A stretch of 60,297 bases of DNA from Deltaproteobacteria bacterium TL4 (GCA_051382335.1 JBBCAX010000017.1:1-60297), one strand, 5' to 3'; positions 17,780 to 27,877 are shown, numbered from the stretch's first letter. Notes: generated by a model not told the origin, from the letters alone. Translations and numbers: made by a program.

Positions 17780-20098
17780 ATGGATTCGGATCAACAAGAA
17801 ATTATCCTTGATTTTGTCTCGGAAAGTCGAGAAGTGCTGGATCGGACAGAGCCCATGCTCATTGAGTTGATGTCGGGAATGGATGCTGAAAAGCAGAAGG
17901 GGTACATCAATTCCATTTTTGGGCTGTTTCATACGCTTAAAGGCACGGCTGGTTTTTTAAATCTGAATCATGTCAAAGAGTACACACATGCCTTAGAAAA
18001 TTTACTGCAATGTTACCGGAAAGATATTAGCGGTCTTCACGCCTCTCATATCAATGTGCTCAATCAAGGATGTGATCTGATTCGACAAATTCTGGGTCAG
18101 GTGGAACAACAGTTCAGTGATGAAGGCTTTGAGGCAGCAATCAACACCAGTACGGTAGCCATAGAACAATGTATCGCGGAAGCCTCCGGTGTCGCGGTAA
18201 CACAAAGCCCAAAGTCTCAACCCCCTTCCTCAGCATCCAGACCTCAACCTCAGGCACCTCAGTCACAAGGCCCTCAACTGACGAAGGAAGATTTTGAATA
18301 TACGATTGCGGATGAATTCAAATCAACCTTTGTTGAAGAGTCTGAAGAGCAATTAAACCAAACGGAAGATGTGTTGTTAGTTTTGGATAAGCTTCCAGGA
18401 GACCTCAATACAGGGAGCTACATCGACACGGCCTTCAGGAATATGCATACGCTTAAAGGCAACGCGGGGTTTTTAAACATAAACGCGATTGTCAAATTGG
18501 CCCACCTGACTGAAGCCCTTTTGGAACAGTTAAAGGAAGGCGTTCTGTCCTTAACTCCGAAGATGACTCAAGCCTTGTTACAAGCGATGGATACCTTCAA
18601 GCAGGGAATACGTCAGGTTTCAAAGGAGAGTCCCTTGGAACCGGAGGCCTTTTTTCGAAGTTTTAAAACCTTAGAGACCTTTCTGGCAACACCTCGACAA
18701 GAATCGAACAGACCTCAACTGGGGGAACTGTTGATTGAAATGGGGATGGCGTCCTCCGAGGCTGTAGATCGTGCCTTGGAAAGACAACAGATGCCCTTAG
18801 GTCAAATTTTGGAAGCTATGGGGGAAGTGGAACCCGGGGCCATAAAAAAAGCCTTGGATGCACAAAAAACCCAAAGTTCCAGGGAGTTGATATCCCCTCT
18901 TCCTCCCAAAACAACCAAAGCCGCCAATAGCCCTGTTCGTAAACAGGACATACGGGTGGGGTTGGATAAAATTGATCAGTTGATTAATTTAGTTGGAGAA
19001 CTCGTAATTTCAGAAGCAATGGTTTCTCATAATCCTGAACTGGAAGGCTTGGAACTCGAAAGTTTTAGAAACGCGACGATGCAACTGAAGAAAAATGTAC
19101 GTGATTTACAAGAAACCGCGATGTCTATGCGAATGGTACCGGTTTCTGCGACTTTTCGTAAAATGATAAGAGTCGTGCATGATGTTGCCAGTAAAGTAGG
19201 GAAACATGTTGATCTTGAACTGTATGGTGAAGACACAGAGATCGATAAGACGGTTGTAGAACAGATTGCCGATCCTCTGTTGCATATTATTCGCAATGCG
19301 GTGGATCACGGAATTGATACGCCTGAGGAACGTCAAAAAGCGGGAAAACCTGAAATTGGAAAGATTAAGTTAACCGCCAAACATGCGGGCAATGAAGTTT
19401 GGATCATCATTCAAGATGATGGCAGAGGCTTGAATCGTGCGAAAATATTGGAACGGGCAAAACAACGAGGGTTGCTTTCTCCAGAAGTTGATCCCGCAGA
19501 CGAGGATGTGTGGCGGTTGGTTTTCGAACCTGGATTTTCAACCGTAGAAAAAGTGACTGATCTTTCCGGACGAGGTGTGGGGATGGATGTGGTCAAAAGA
19601 AATATTGAACAACTCAATGGACGCATTGAAATTGCTTCTTCTTCGGGAAAAGGCAGCACTTTTACCCTACGTATTCCCTTAACGCTTGCCATTATAGATG
19701 GTATGGTGGTGCGTGTTGGGAAATCGTTCTATGTCATTCCTATTGTCTCTATTCGTGAATCCTTCCAACCCCGAAAAGAGGATATCATCCGAACCTCAGA
19801 AGGACAGGAACTGGTAAAGATCCGAGATGAAATTTTAGCTGTTGTGAATCTTTATGAAGTCCACCAACGCAAACCTGATACCCAAACCTTATGGGAAGGA
19901 ATCTTAGTCATAATTGAGGAGGAGGATCAACAACTTTGCCTCTTTCTTGATGAAGTCATAGGAGAAATGCAAGTCGTCGTCAAAGCGCTGCCCAAGTCTC
20001 TGGGGAAAGTGGCTCACCTTTCAGGATGTACCATTATGGGAAATGGAGGCATTAGTTTAATATTGGATGTTGCCAGCTTGCTTAGAGCACACCTTTGA
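17780..20098 (+). CDS. cheA: CheA-type kinase with two Hpt domains and an MshEN-like segment
   Basis: Hpt1 LFHTLKG, P/Q linker, Hpt2 MHTLKG, tandem LG..L...G repeats at 18710-18865, dimerisation domain, HATPase (HIIRNAVDHG, SGRGVGMD), CheW domain. Confidence 0.93.
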   Translation: MDSDQQEIILDFVSESREVLDRTEPMLIELMSGMDAEKQKGYINSIFGLFHTLKGTAGFLNLNHVKEYTHALENLLQCYRKDISGLHASHINVLNQGCDLIRQILGQVEQQFSDEGFEAAINTSTVAIEQCIAEASGVAVTQSPKSQPPSSASRPQPQAPQSQGPQLTKEDFEYTIADEFKSTFVEESEEQLNQTEDVLLVLDKLPGDLNTGSYIDTAFRNMHTLKGNAGFLNINAIVKLAHLTEALLEQLKEGVLSLTPKMTQALLQAMDTFKQGIRQVSKESPLEPEAFFRSFKTLETFLATPRQESNRPQLGELLIEMGMASSEAVDRALERQQMPLGQILEAMGEVEPGAIKKALDAQKTQSSRELISPLPPKTTKAANSPVRKQDIRVGLDKIDQLINLVGELVISEAMVSHNPELEGLELESFRNATMQLKKNVRDLQETAMSMRMVPVSATFRKMIRVVHDVASKVGKHVDLELYGEDTEIDKTVVEQIADPLLHIIRNAVDHGIDTPEERQKAGKPEIGKIKLTAKHAGNEVWIIIQDDGRGLNRAKILERAKQRGLLSPEVDPADEDVWRLVFEPGFSTVEKVTDLSGRGVGMDVVKRNIEQLNGRIEIASSSGKGSTFTLRIPLTLAIIDGMVVRVGKSFYVIPIVSIRESFQPRKEDIIRTSEGQELVKIRDEILAVVNLYEVHQRKPDTQTLWEGILVIIEEEDQQLCLFLDEVIGEMQVVVKALPKSLGKVAHLSGCTIMGNGGISLILDVASLLRAHL

Positions 20099-20135
20099 TT
20101 ATTCCCTCTCTCAATGAAGAACAGGTAGGGTCTCT

Positions 20136-20483
20136 ATGGATATCACTCATCACTTTGAAGGACAGTTCTGTCTCATTCGCGTTAAAAACAATACCTTTGT
20201 GGAGCAACCTATAGAGCTTAAAAAATACCTGAATCGTTTACTGGAGGCGCACGAATTGGGTGGCGTGATTATCAATTTGGAAGAAACTACTATGGTGGAT
20301 TCCCACGTTCTGGGAGTGTTAATCGCCTGTTTTAAGCGCTTGGCGCAATTCAATATTCCAATGGGACTCTGCAATATTGATAAGAAACTGGGCTGGGTCT
20401 TTCAGAACTCCGGGATGGATCAAATCATACCCATTTATCCTTCGTTGCAGGAGGCCCTTCATCATCTTAAGCCAGCTTCCTGA
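20136..20483 (+). CDS. STAS domain protein (anti-sigma-factor antagonist-like)
   Basis: 115 aa; VIINLEETTMVDSHVLGVLI (D-S phosphosite motif); IIPIYPSLQEAL. Confidence 0.85.
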   Translation: MDITHHFEGQFCLIRVKNNTFVEQPIELKKYLNRLLEAHELGGVIINLEETTMVDSHVLGVLIACFKRLAQFNIPMGLCNIDKKLGWVFQNSGMDQIIPIYPSLQEALHHLKPAS

Positions 20484-20556
20484 AGCCGGTATCGTCACAG
20501 TGAATTATGACGTTGAGGTATGGAAAAATAAGAAAGCGTCGACAAACTCGGCAGGA

Positions 20557-20585
20557 TTGACATAGAGGGAGTTCCAGGATATGAT
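20557..20585 (+). promoter_or_regulatory. Sigma70-type promoter upstream of the ettA leader
   Basis: TTGACA (20557-20562), 17-bp spacer, TATGAT (20580-20585). Confidence 0.6.
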
Positions 20586-20919
20586 GCGAAAACTGATTAA
20601 TCGGAGTGAATGGATGGAAAATTAAACGACCAACCGGATAGAAGATTTATCGAAGCAGTCAAGGATAGCCGCAGATAAACAGGGGGTTGAATCAAAGAGT
20701 CCGTACAGCTCGGAATTTAATAAAAATGAAGCCACCGGGTAGAGAATTCCAGCAGGCAAGCGATTAGGTCCTGAAGCAATCTAAAGAACTTTCCCGAAGG
20801 CTGTATGACTGAGTCTATTTCAATCACACAAATCCTTGATCTTCACAAGAACGTAGCGAAATCATACACGGAATTAATGACATAACAAAACGTGAATTAT
20901 TAAAAAGGAGTTAAAAAAG

Positions 20920-22605
20920 ATGAGTGAAGAAGTCAATAAAGTGATTTATTCCATGATCAAAGTGAGTAAATTTCACGGCAAAAAACAAGTATTGGAAAAT
21001 ATCAATTTGTCTTATTTCTATGGCGCAAAGATTGGGGTTTTGGGCTTAAATGGATCTGGGAAAAGCTCCTTGCTGCGAATTTTGGCCGATGTCGATACGG
21101 ACTTTCAGGGAAAAACTGTCCTTTCTCCAGGGTTTAGCATTGGATTTCTAGAACAAGAACCTCATCTGGATCCATCAAAAACGGTTCGTGAGATTGTTGA
21201 GGAGGGAGTTCAGGAGACCGCCGATTTACTAAAAGAGTTCGACCAAATCAACAATCAATTTGCAGAGCCCATGTCTGATGACGAAATGAACCAATTGATT
21301 GAAAAACAAGGAGAAGTTCAAGAAAAGCTGGAGGCTCTGGAGGCTTGGGATTTGGACTCACGACTGCAAATGGCGATGGATGCCTTACGGTGTCCTCCTG
21401 AGACCGCTAAAATTGCGGTTCTCTCCGGAGGCGAAAAACGTCGCGTCGCTTTGTGTCGTCTTTTGTTGAAAAAACCGGATATTTTGCTGCTGGATGAACC
21501 CACAAATCATCTCGACGCGGAATCTGTTGCCTGGTTGGAACACCATCTTCAACGGTATGCAGGGACTATTATTGCGGTGACTCATGATCGCTACTTTCTG
21601 GACAATGTCGCCGGATGGATTCTGGAACTGGATCGTGGACGGGGCATTCCCTGGAAAGGAAACTATTCCTCTTGGTTGGAACAAAAACAGGAGCGTTTGA
21701 AGCAAGAAGAAAAATCGGAAACAGATCGACAGAAAACCTTACAACGTGAATTGGAATGGATCCGGATGACGCCCAAAGGACGGCATGCGAAATCCAAAGC
21801 CCGCATTCAAGCCTATGACCAATTACTGCAACAAGATGGTTCTTCTCTGGAAAAAGAACTGAAACTCTACATTCCGCCTGGACCCCGCTTAGGAAATATA
21901 GCTATTGAAGTGGAAAATGTGCGGAAAGTCTATGGCGATCGCATCTTGGTGGATGCGATGAACTTTTCTCTGCCACCGGGGGGGATTGTTGGCATCATTG
22001 GACCCAATGGCGCGGGAAAAACAACCTTGTTTCGAATGATCACCGGTCAAGAAAAACCCGATAGTGGGACCATTCGTATTGGAGCCTCAGTCAAATTAGC
22101 CTATGTCGATCAAAGTAGAGATATTTTGGAACCGAACAAAACCGTTTGGGAAATGATCACAGACGGACGGGAAATTATGGAACTCGGGGGGCGGCAACTC
22201 AACTCAAGAGCCTATGTCTCACGCTTCAATTTTTTAGGTCCGGATCAACAGAAAAAAGTGAGTGTCCTCTCCGGGGGGGAACGGAACCGCGTTCATCTTG
22301 CCATGATGCTCAAGGAAGGTGCTAACGTGTTATTACTGGATGAGCCTACAAACGACTTGGATGTGAATACCATCAGAGCCCTCGAAGAAGGACTGGAAGC
22401 CTTTGGTGGCTGTGCTGTAATCATCAGCCATGATCGCTGGTTTCTGGATCGCATCGTGACTCATATTCTGGCTTTCGAAGGAGACAGCAGCGTCTATTGG
22501 TTTGATGGGAATTATTCCGAATATGAAGAAAATCGAAAACAAAGGCTAGGTGCCGAGGCAAATCAGCCCAAGCGTATTAAGTACCGGCAACTAACCCGGG
22601 GCTAG
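20920..22605 (+). CDS. ettA: Energy-dependent translational throttle ABC-F protein EttA
   Basis: SYFYGAKIGVLGLNGSGKS, two ABC domains (LSGGEKRRVAL, LSGGERNR, LLLDEPTN), linker RELEWIR..KGRHAKSKAR; AAGGAG RBS. Confidence 0.96.
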   Translation: MSEEVNKVIYSMIKVSKFHGKKQVLENINLSYFYGAKIGVLGLNGSGKSSLLRILADVDTDFQGKTVLSPGFSIGFLEQEPHLDPSKTVREIVEEGVQETADLLKEFDQINNQFAEPMSDDEMNQLIEKQGEVQEKLEALEAWDLDSRLQMAMDALRCPPETAKIAVLSGGEKRRVALCRLLLKKPDILLLDEPTNHLDAESVAWLEHHLQRYAGTIIAVTHDRYFLDNVAGWILELDRGRGIPWKGNYSSWLEQKQERLKQEEKSETDRQKTLQRELEWIRMTPKGRHAKSKARIQAYDQLLQQDGSSLEKELKLYIPPGPRLGNIAIEVENVRKVYGDRILVDAMNFSLPPGGIVGIIGPNGAGKTTLFRMITGQEKPDSGTIRIGASVKLAYVDQSRDILEPNKTVWEMITDGREIMELGGRQLNSRAYVSRFNFLGPDQQKKVSVLSGGERNRVHLAMMLKEGANVLLLDEPTNDLDVNTIRALEEGLEAFGGCAVIISHDRWFLDRIVTHILAFEGDSSVYWFDGNYSEYEENRKQRLGAEANQPKRIKYRQLTRG

Positions 22606-22765
22606 GAATAAAAATTTTAAAAAAATATCAATTTTCTTTTGCTTTTTCGACTTAGTTGTTGCATTAGAGTCTAAGGGGATGTGCATATTTGATAAAAATG
22701 TCAGAACAGGGGCTTGATGTTAGAGTGAAAACCCTCTGATGATTAATATAACAGGGAGAGAAGTT

Positions 22766-23449
22766 ATGAAAAAGACGTTTGGACTGAAACAGTCGTTGTT
22801 CATTGCTTTGTTGGTTTTGCTGCTTGCCGCTGGAGTCGGAGGCTGTGAAGACGAGAAGTCAACAACGAAGAAGGTGACCAAAAGCAACGCAGATGCTTCG
22901 AGCGATTCCAGCTCAACGAGTGCGTCTGGACTAAGCGGAAGCGATAGTGAAAATAAAACGGCACTGGAACAATTAATTGCCGATCAAAATTTGCCAAGCT
23001 TCCTGGATGGGATTGTGGCAGGGCTATTAGATGCGTGTAGCATTGATATCATCCAATTTGCCGCAAGTTGTGGAATTGATGTAAATTTTGAAAAAGATTT
23101 GATCATTCCCGCGACCAATATTCCAGTTCATCTCAAAGTCGTTGTTGTCAATGAAACAAAAGCGGATCTGAACAAACTTGATAATTCAAGCCTTCCTAAT
23201 GCCGCAAAATTGACCTTGGATCTTGAATTGGCGATAACCGTTCAGTCTCCAAAATTTAATGATAATAAGCCTGCGACGGTGAGTGGTGTTGTACAGATAG
23301 CGGCTGATGTTTCTGGTAAAGCCCAAGAGATTACCATTAATGAAGGCGAAGTTAAGCTGAAAATCCCTGGAATGCCTAACATCACTCAAGAGATTACCAA
23401 GGATGGAGGTATTGTGATTTACAAAAATGGAGAGGAAATTAAAAATTAA
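22766..23449 (+). CDS. Hypothetical lipoprotein with Ser-rich linker
   Basis: MKK.. signal peptide with lipobox VGG-C, S/T-rich linker, beta-rich C-terminus; GGGAGAG RBS before ATG 22766. Confidence 0.75.
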   Translation: MKKTFGLKQSLFIALLVLLLAAGVGGCEDEKSTTKKVTKSNADASSDSSSTSASGLSGSDSENKTALEQLIADQNLPSFLDGIVAGLLDACSIDIIQFAASCGIDVNFEKDLIIPATNIPVHLKVVVVNETKADLNKLDNSSLPNAAKLTLDLELAITVQSPKFNDNKPATVSGVVQIAADVSGKAQEITINEGEVKLKIPGMPNITQEITKDGGIVIYKNGEEIKN

Positions 23450-23468
23450 GAGCAGGAGTTTTTAACTG

Positions 23469-23530
23469 ACAAGAGCAGATGTCTGTTTGAGGAGAATGCA
23501 AGGGGAGAACTTGCGGCTCCCTGCTCTTGT
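23469..23530. terminator. Inverted repeat between convergent genes (possible terminator)
   Basis: ACAAGAGCAG (23469-23478) and CTGCTCTTGT (23521-23530); the loop is long, so function is uncertain. Confidence 0.3.
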
Positions 23531-23572
23531 TGGTTCCTTTTGCTCCCCCCCGCTCTTATTTATTGGAGAGCG

Positions 23573-25783
23573 CTAGTCCTTGTAAAATTTGATTCCTTTC
23601 TTTGCGTTATCAACCAGAATCGGTGCCGCATCAAAACGAACTCCATATTGATCTCTTAGCTTGTTGAGTTTTTCCACCACGTTTTCAATGCCAAGTTTAT
23701 CCATATAGCGGAAAGGTCCCCCTAAAAATGGAGGAAATCCCAGACCAAAGATAGCTCCAATATCGCCATCAACAGGGTCCTTGAGTATGCCTTCCTGTAA
23801 ACAAAAGGCGGCTTCATTGACCATCCTTAAAATAATCCGATCCTGGATTTCTTCAATTCCGGCTTTCGCTGAAGTTGAGGCTTTCGCGTATTTTCTCACA
23901 ATACTGACCGCTTTGGGATTGACCGGTTTGGACGATTTGGACTTACCTGTCACTTTGGCAAACATCGTTTGAACTTGTTTCAAAGGATTGCCTTTCTTGG
24001 ATTCATAAAGGTAAAAACCCTGCCCTGATTTCCGGCCCATAATTTTTTGTTCCATAAAATCGTTAAAGGCAGCGGGATTAGAACCCGTCATTCGCTCCCC
24101 GAACGCTTCGCTGAGCTGCTTGGCAACATGGGCCGCAACGTCGATGCCAACTTCATCCATCAGTGTTACAGGACCAACAGGACATCCAAAGCGGAGCATG
24201 GCCTGATCGATACGGTGAAAGTCCATTCCTTCCAAGGCCAGTACAGCGACTTCATCCATAAATGGAGCAAGAATTCGTGTGGTATAAAAACCAGGTCCAT
24301 CTCCGACAACAATCACGGTCTTTCCTTGACGTAACCCGACATCAACCGCAAGGGCTGCGGTTTCTTTAGAGGTTTTTTCGGTCGTTATGATTTCCAGCAA
24401 AGGCATTTTATGCACTGGGGAGAAGTAATGCATTCCGATCACATTTTCAGGACGTTTACTGGCTTTAGCGATATCTGTAATGGGAAGGGCCGAGGTGTTC
24501 GAAGCAAAAACGCAATGGGGCGATATGACAGCTTCAACTTCATTGAGGACTCTTTGCTTGAGTTGGAGATCCTCAAAAACCGCTTCAATCACAATCTCAC
24601 ATTTGTCAAAGTGGTGATAGTCGACCTGAGTGTTCAAATTTGCCATGGTTTGATCCCGTTTTACAGGAAGCATGGCACCACGTTTAACCTTTTTGTCCAT
24701 TTCATCCCACACCATTCTTTTCCCTTTTTGTAGGGATTCCTGGCTGATGTCTTTGAGTAAAACGTGCATTCCCTTTTGTATACTCACCAAGCCTATCCCT
24801 GCTCCCATCAACCCGGCTCCCAGTACAGCAACCGTGTTCGCAGGATGTTCGGGTTTTCCAAAACGATTCTTCTTTAAATTGTTTTGTGCGAAAAAAATAT
24901 TGATCAAAGCTTTAGAAACATTGGTTTGTGACAACTCTCCAAAACGTTTCCGTTCATATTCCAGTCCGGATTTTAAGCCTTTTTCCAACCCTTTTTCAAT
25001 CACATCCAAGATCCCTAAAGGAGCGGGATAATGCCCCCCTGTTTGGGTTTTGACCAGGGTTCTTGCCTGCGTAAATAAGATCTTCCGACCAACAAAGGTA
25101 TCTTCCAGAAATTTTTCCTGAAATTGAGCGTCATGATGAAAACTTTTGAGCGTCCCGTCAACCAATCTTTTAGCAGCTTCAATCGCTGTACTTTCCAAGC
25201 CATCTCCTGCAACCGTAACATGGTCCACCAAACCCAGTTTTTTTGCTTTTTCCGGACGAACCACTTTACCTGTGAGAATGAGGTCTAAGGCTTTTTGAAC
25301 GCCAATCAAACGGGGGAGTCTTTGGGTCCCGCCTGCTCCTGGAAGAAGTCCCAACATCACTTCTGGCAAGGAAAGCTGGGTTTTGCCATGATCCGTAGCA
25401 ATTCGGTAATGACATGCGAGCGCGACCTCTAAACCTCCACCCATACAAGAACCATTAATTGCGGCAACTACAGGTTTTTTAGATTCAGAAACCCGATTTA
25501 AAAAATCCTGTCCCATCTTGCTCATAGCTTCAATCCCTTCTGCGGAAGTTTGAGATTGAAGCTCTTTGATATCGGCACCCGCGATAAAACAATCCGGCTT
25601 TCCTGAAATCAAAACCACGGCTTTGAGCTCTGGGTTGCTTTCAATATGGTCAAATATTGTACTGATTTCATCAAACAATTTTGAACTTAAGGTATTAACT
25701 TTATCGTCCTGATCGTCAAAGGTCACAACGGCTATTTGGTCCTTGATTTTTAAAGACACATGCTTTAGTTTTTTTAAATCCAT
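23573..25783 (-). CDS. fadJ: Fatty acid oxidation complex alpha subunit (enoyl-CoA hydratase/3-hydroxyacyl-CoA dehydrogenase)
   Basis: FIAGADI, GGGLEVAL, LPEVMLGLLPGAGGTQRLPRL; VLGAGLMG, EAVFEDL, SNTSALPI, GMHYFSPV. Confidence 0.93.
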   Translation of the reverse strand: MDLKKLKHVSLKIKDQIAVVTFDDQDDKVNTLSSKLFDEISTIFDHIESNPELKAVVLISGKPDCFIAGADIKELQSQTSAEGIEAMSKMGQDFLNRVSESKKPVVAAINGSCMGGGLEVALACHYRIATDHGKTQLSLPEVMLGLLPGAGGTQRLPRLIGVQKALDLILTGKVVRPEKAKKLGLVDHVTVAGDGLESTAIEAAKRLVDGTLKSFHHDAQFQEKFLEDTFVGRKILFTQARTLVKTQTGGHYPAPLGILDVIEKGLEKGLKSGLEYERKRFGELSQTNVSKALINIFFAQNNLKKNRFGKPEHPANTVAVLGAGLMGAGIGLVSIQKGMHVLLKDISQESLQKGKRMVWDEMDKKVKRGAMLPVKRDQTMANLNTQVDYHHFDKCEIVIEAVFEDLQLKQRVLNEVEAVISPHCVFASNTSALPITDIAKASKRPENVIGMHYFSPVHKMPLLEIITTEKTSKETAALAVDVGLRQGKTVIVVGDGPGFYTTRILAPFMDEVAVLALEGMDFHRIDQAMLRFGCPVGPVTLMDEVGIDVAAHVAKQLSEAFGERMTGSNPAAFNDFMEQKIMGRKSGQGFYLYESKKGNPLKQVQTMFAKVTGKSKSSKPVNPKAVSIVRKYAKASTSAKAGIEEIQDRIILRMVNEAAFCLQEGILKDPVDGDIGAIFGLGFPPFLGGPFRYMDKLGIENVVEKLNKLRDQYGVRFDAAPILVDNAKKGIKFYKD

Positions 25784-25889
25784 ATTTGCCTATTAAAGTG
25801 TGAATCTTTCATTAGGTTACGGTGCCCTCGCTTCGTTTCAGGGCACCCGATCTTTCCTTTATGGTATTCCTGGACAAGCTTCTGCGCTA

Positions 25890-27377
25890 TTACAAATATT
25901 TTGGATTTTCCAAAAGTATGGCAGATCCATGACCGCCAGCCGCACATCCAGAAACAACCGCATATCGCGCCCCACTTCGCAGGAGTCGCTTAGTCGCCAT
26001 GGTGAGCAAACGACCTCCCGTTGCACCAAAAGGATGTCCCAAGGATAAAGACCCCCCCCAAATATTGATTTGTTCCAAGGGAATTTCACCGAAAGCTTTG
26101 CTCCGTCCTAACCGGTTTTTACAAAACTCCGTTGATTTCAAACATGCCAAGTTTGCCAAAATTTGCGCAGAAAAAGCCTCATGAAGTTCCCACACCTCGA
26201 TATCCTTGATGCTCAGATTATTTTGATCGAGTAAGGCCGGGATCGTCAGCGCAGGTCCTAATAATAACTCTTCCATCGGATCTCCCGCACGGTAGACATA
26301 ATCTTGGATCACGGCTTTAGGCGTTAAATTTAAGGCGTTTGCCTGTTTCAAACTAGTAAACAGCACCGCTGAAGCTCCATCGGTCAAAAAGGAAGAACTT
26401 CCTGCTGTAAGCACACCGAAGATTTTATCAAACGCTGGTTTAAGTTTGCTTAAGCTTTCAAGCGTTGTATTTGCACGAGGGCCATCATCTTTTTCAACAA
26501 GTTCCAACTTGGGCGGAACATGAATACGGAGCACTTCTCCTTCGAAAATACCATCACTCCAGGCCTTTACTGCCAGTTGATGACTTCGAGCAGCAAACGC
26601 GTCGCTGTCTTCGCGTGTCACTCCGCCGATCCGTTTGACCATACGTTCACACGCATCACCCATACTCATTTTTGTGGAATACTCAGTAATCGATGGAATA
26701 TCAGGCGCCAGGTCTTTAAACGACAATTTTGATAACTCTTTCAATCGGGCTTGCACCGTTTTAGCCTTCTGTAAACGAGCCAAACCTTGTCGTAACTTTT
26801 TAGATAAACGGATAGGCGGATCTGAAGAAGTATCGGTACCGCCCGCAATCCCAATCCTCATTCGTCCTAGTCGAATCATATCACAAATATTTCCCGCAGC
26901 GACATTGGATGAAATGCACGCCAAACTGACGGTATACGCCGGTGTGGTGTTTGGAATCCCTGCCGCCAACATACTTTCCCGGGCAACATTAGGCGTCGAT
27001 GTTTCATGCACAACGGTTCCCATAATCACCAGCTCAATCAGGCCGGGATCCACTCCCGTTTTTTCAAGTAAGCCTGTCAATGCGTATTTTCCCAGGTCAT
27101 GAGGCATTAAAGGTGAGTAAGACCCATTAGATCTTAAAAAGGGAGTCCTTACCCCATCAATTAATACAGGTAATCGATCCTGTTCTGTCTTTGAGGAAGA
27201 CGTGGTCTTACTGACCGTTTTTACAACGGAAGTGGCTTCCGGTGTTGCTTTTGCGGCAGTCGTTTGGGGTTGCGCTGAGGCCGATTTTTTGGCTGCTGCT
27301 GTTTTACCAGCCGCAGTTTTGGCGCTTGAGGCCGCTTTAGGCTCAGTTGGCGTCTTTTGATTATCAGTTGAAGCCAT
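25890..27377 (-). CDS. fadI: 3-ketoacyl-CoA thiolase (trifunctional enzyme beta subunit) with an Ala/Lys/Thr-rich N-terminal extension
   Basis: DGVRTPF, TVSLACISS (catalytic Cys), HEAF, GGSLSLGHPFGATG, CAAGG; start placed at ATG 27377. Confidence 0.92.
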   Translation of the reverse strand: MASTDNQKTPTEPKAASSAKTAAGKTAAAKKSASAQPQTTAAKATPEATSVVKTVSKTTSSSKTEQDRLPVLIDGVRTPFLRSNGSYSPLMPHDLGKYALTGLLEKTGVDPGLIELVIMGTVVHETSTPNVARESMLAAGIPNTTPAYTVSLACISSNVAAGNICDMIRLGRMRIGIAGGTDTSSDPPIRLSKKLRQGLARLQKAKTVQARLKELSKLSFKDLAPDIPSITEYSTKMSMGDACERMVKRIGGVTREDSDAFAARSHQLAVKAWSDGIFEGEVLRIHVPPKLELVEKDDGPRANTTLESLSKLKPAFDKIFGVLTAGSSSFLTDGASAVLFTSLKQANALNLTPKAVIQDYVYRAGDPMEELLLGPALTIPALLDQNNLSIKDIEVWELHEAFSAQILANLACLKSTEFCKNRLGRSKAFGEIPLEQINIWGGSLSLGHPFGATGGRLLTMATKRLLRSGARYAVVSGCAAGGHGSAILLENPKYL

Positions 27378-27535
27378 AGTTTCTCTCTGGCAAAGGTTAA
27401 ACAAAATGCAGATTCTGCCATCATTCCGCTCATTGGAGCAGTTTGGATTTAAAATTACATTCGGTAAGGGATATTTAGGAGGATTCAACGAATTGTCAAG
27501 AAAAAAGCCAGGCAGGACATGAATGACCTTCGAAT

Positions 27536-27856
27536 CTATCGAGTTTCGCGTTTAAGCCATTGAAGGTAAGCGGGATTACCTGAACGTATCGGTAACTCAA
27601 TCACACAAGGACAAGCATAACTGTGTTTCACTTTGACCCGTTTAATGACTTTTTTAACTCGTTTTTTTCGCGTTTTGACGACGAATACCACTTCTTGATC
27701 TTCCTGGACGTTTCCTTCCCACCAGTAAAAAGAGGACACCCCAGGGAAAATATTGGCACAAGCAACTAACCGCTTTTCGACAAGGTCTTTCCCCAGAGTC
27801 TTCGCTTCCTGAGTGCTAGAAGCTGTAATATAAAGAAAACTGTATTTTTTTGCCAT
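27536..27856 (-). CDS. cutA: Divalent-cation tolerance protein CutA
   Basis: LVEKRLVACANI, S.YWWEG.V..DQE, HSY..PCVI.LPI..GNPAYLQWL. Confidence 0.95.
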   Translation of the reverse strand: MAKKYSFLYITASSTQEAKTLGKDLVEKRLVACANIFPGVSSFYWWEGNVQEDQEVVFVVKTRKKRVKKVIKRVKVKHSYACPCVIELPIRSGNPAYLQWLKRETR

Positions 27857-27877
27857 TTTTCCCCTTCAATGTTAACT

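Noticed and set aside
25821..25847. Hairpin GGTGCCCT/AGGGCACC between fadI and fadJ as a terminator
   Set aside because: No U-tract on the coding strand; more likely an intercistronic stability stem and unremarkable.
27378..27488. Extra 37 codons at the thiolase N-terminus in the ORF track
   Set aside because: TTG start with no clear RBS, running through probable promoter DNA; ATG 27377 fits better.
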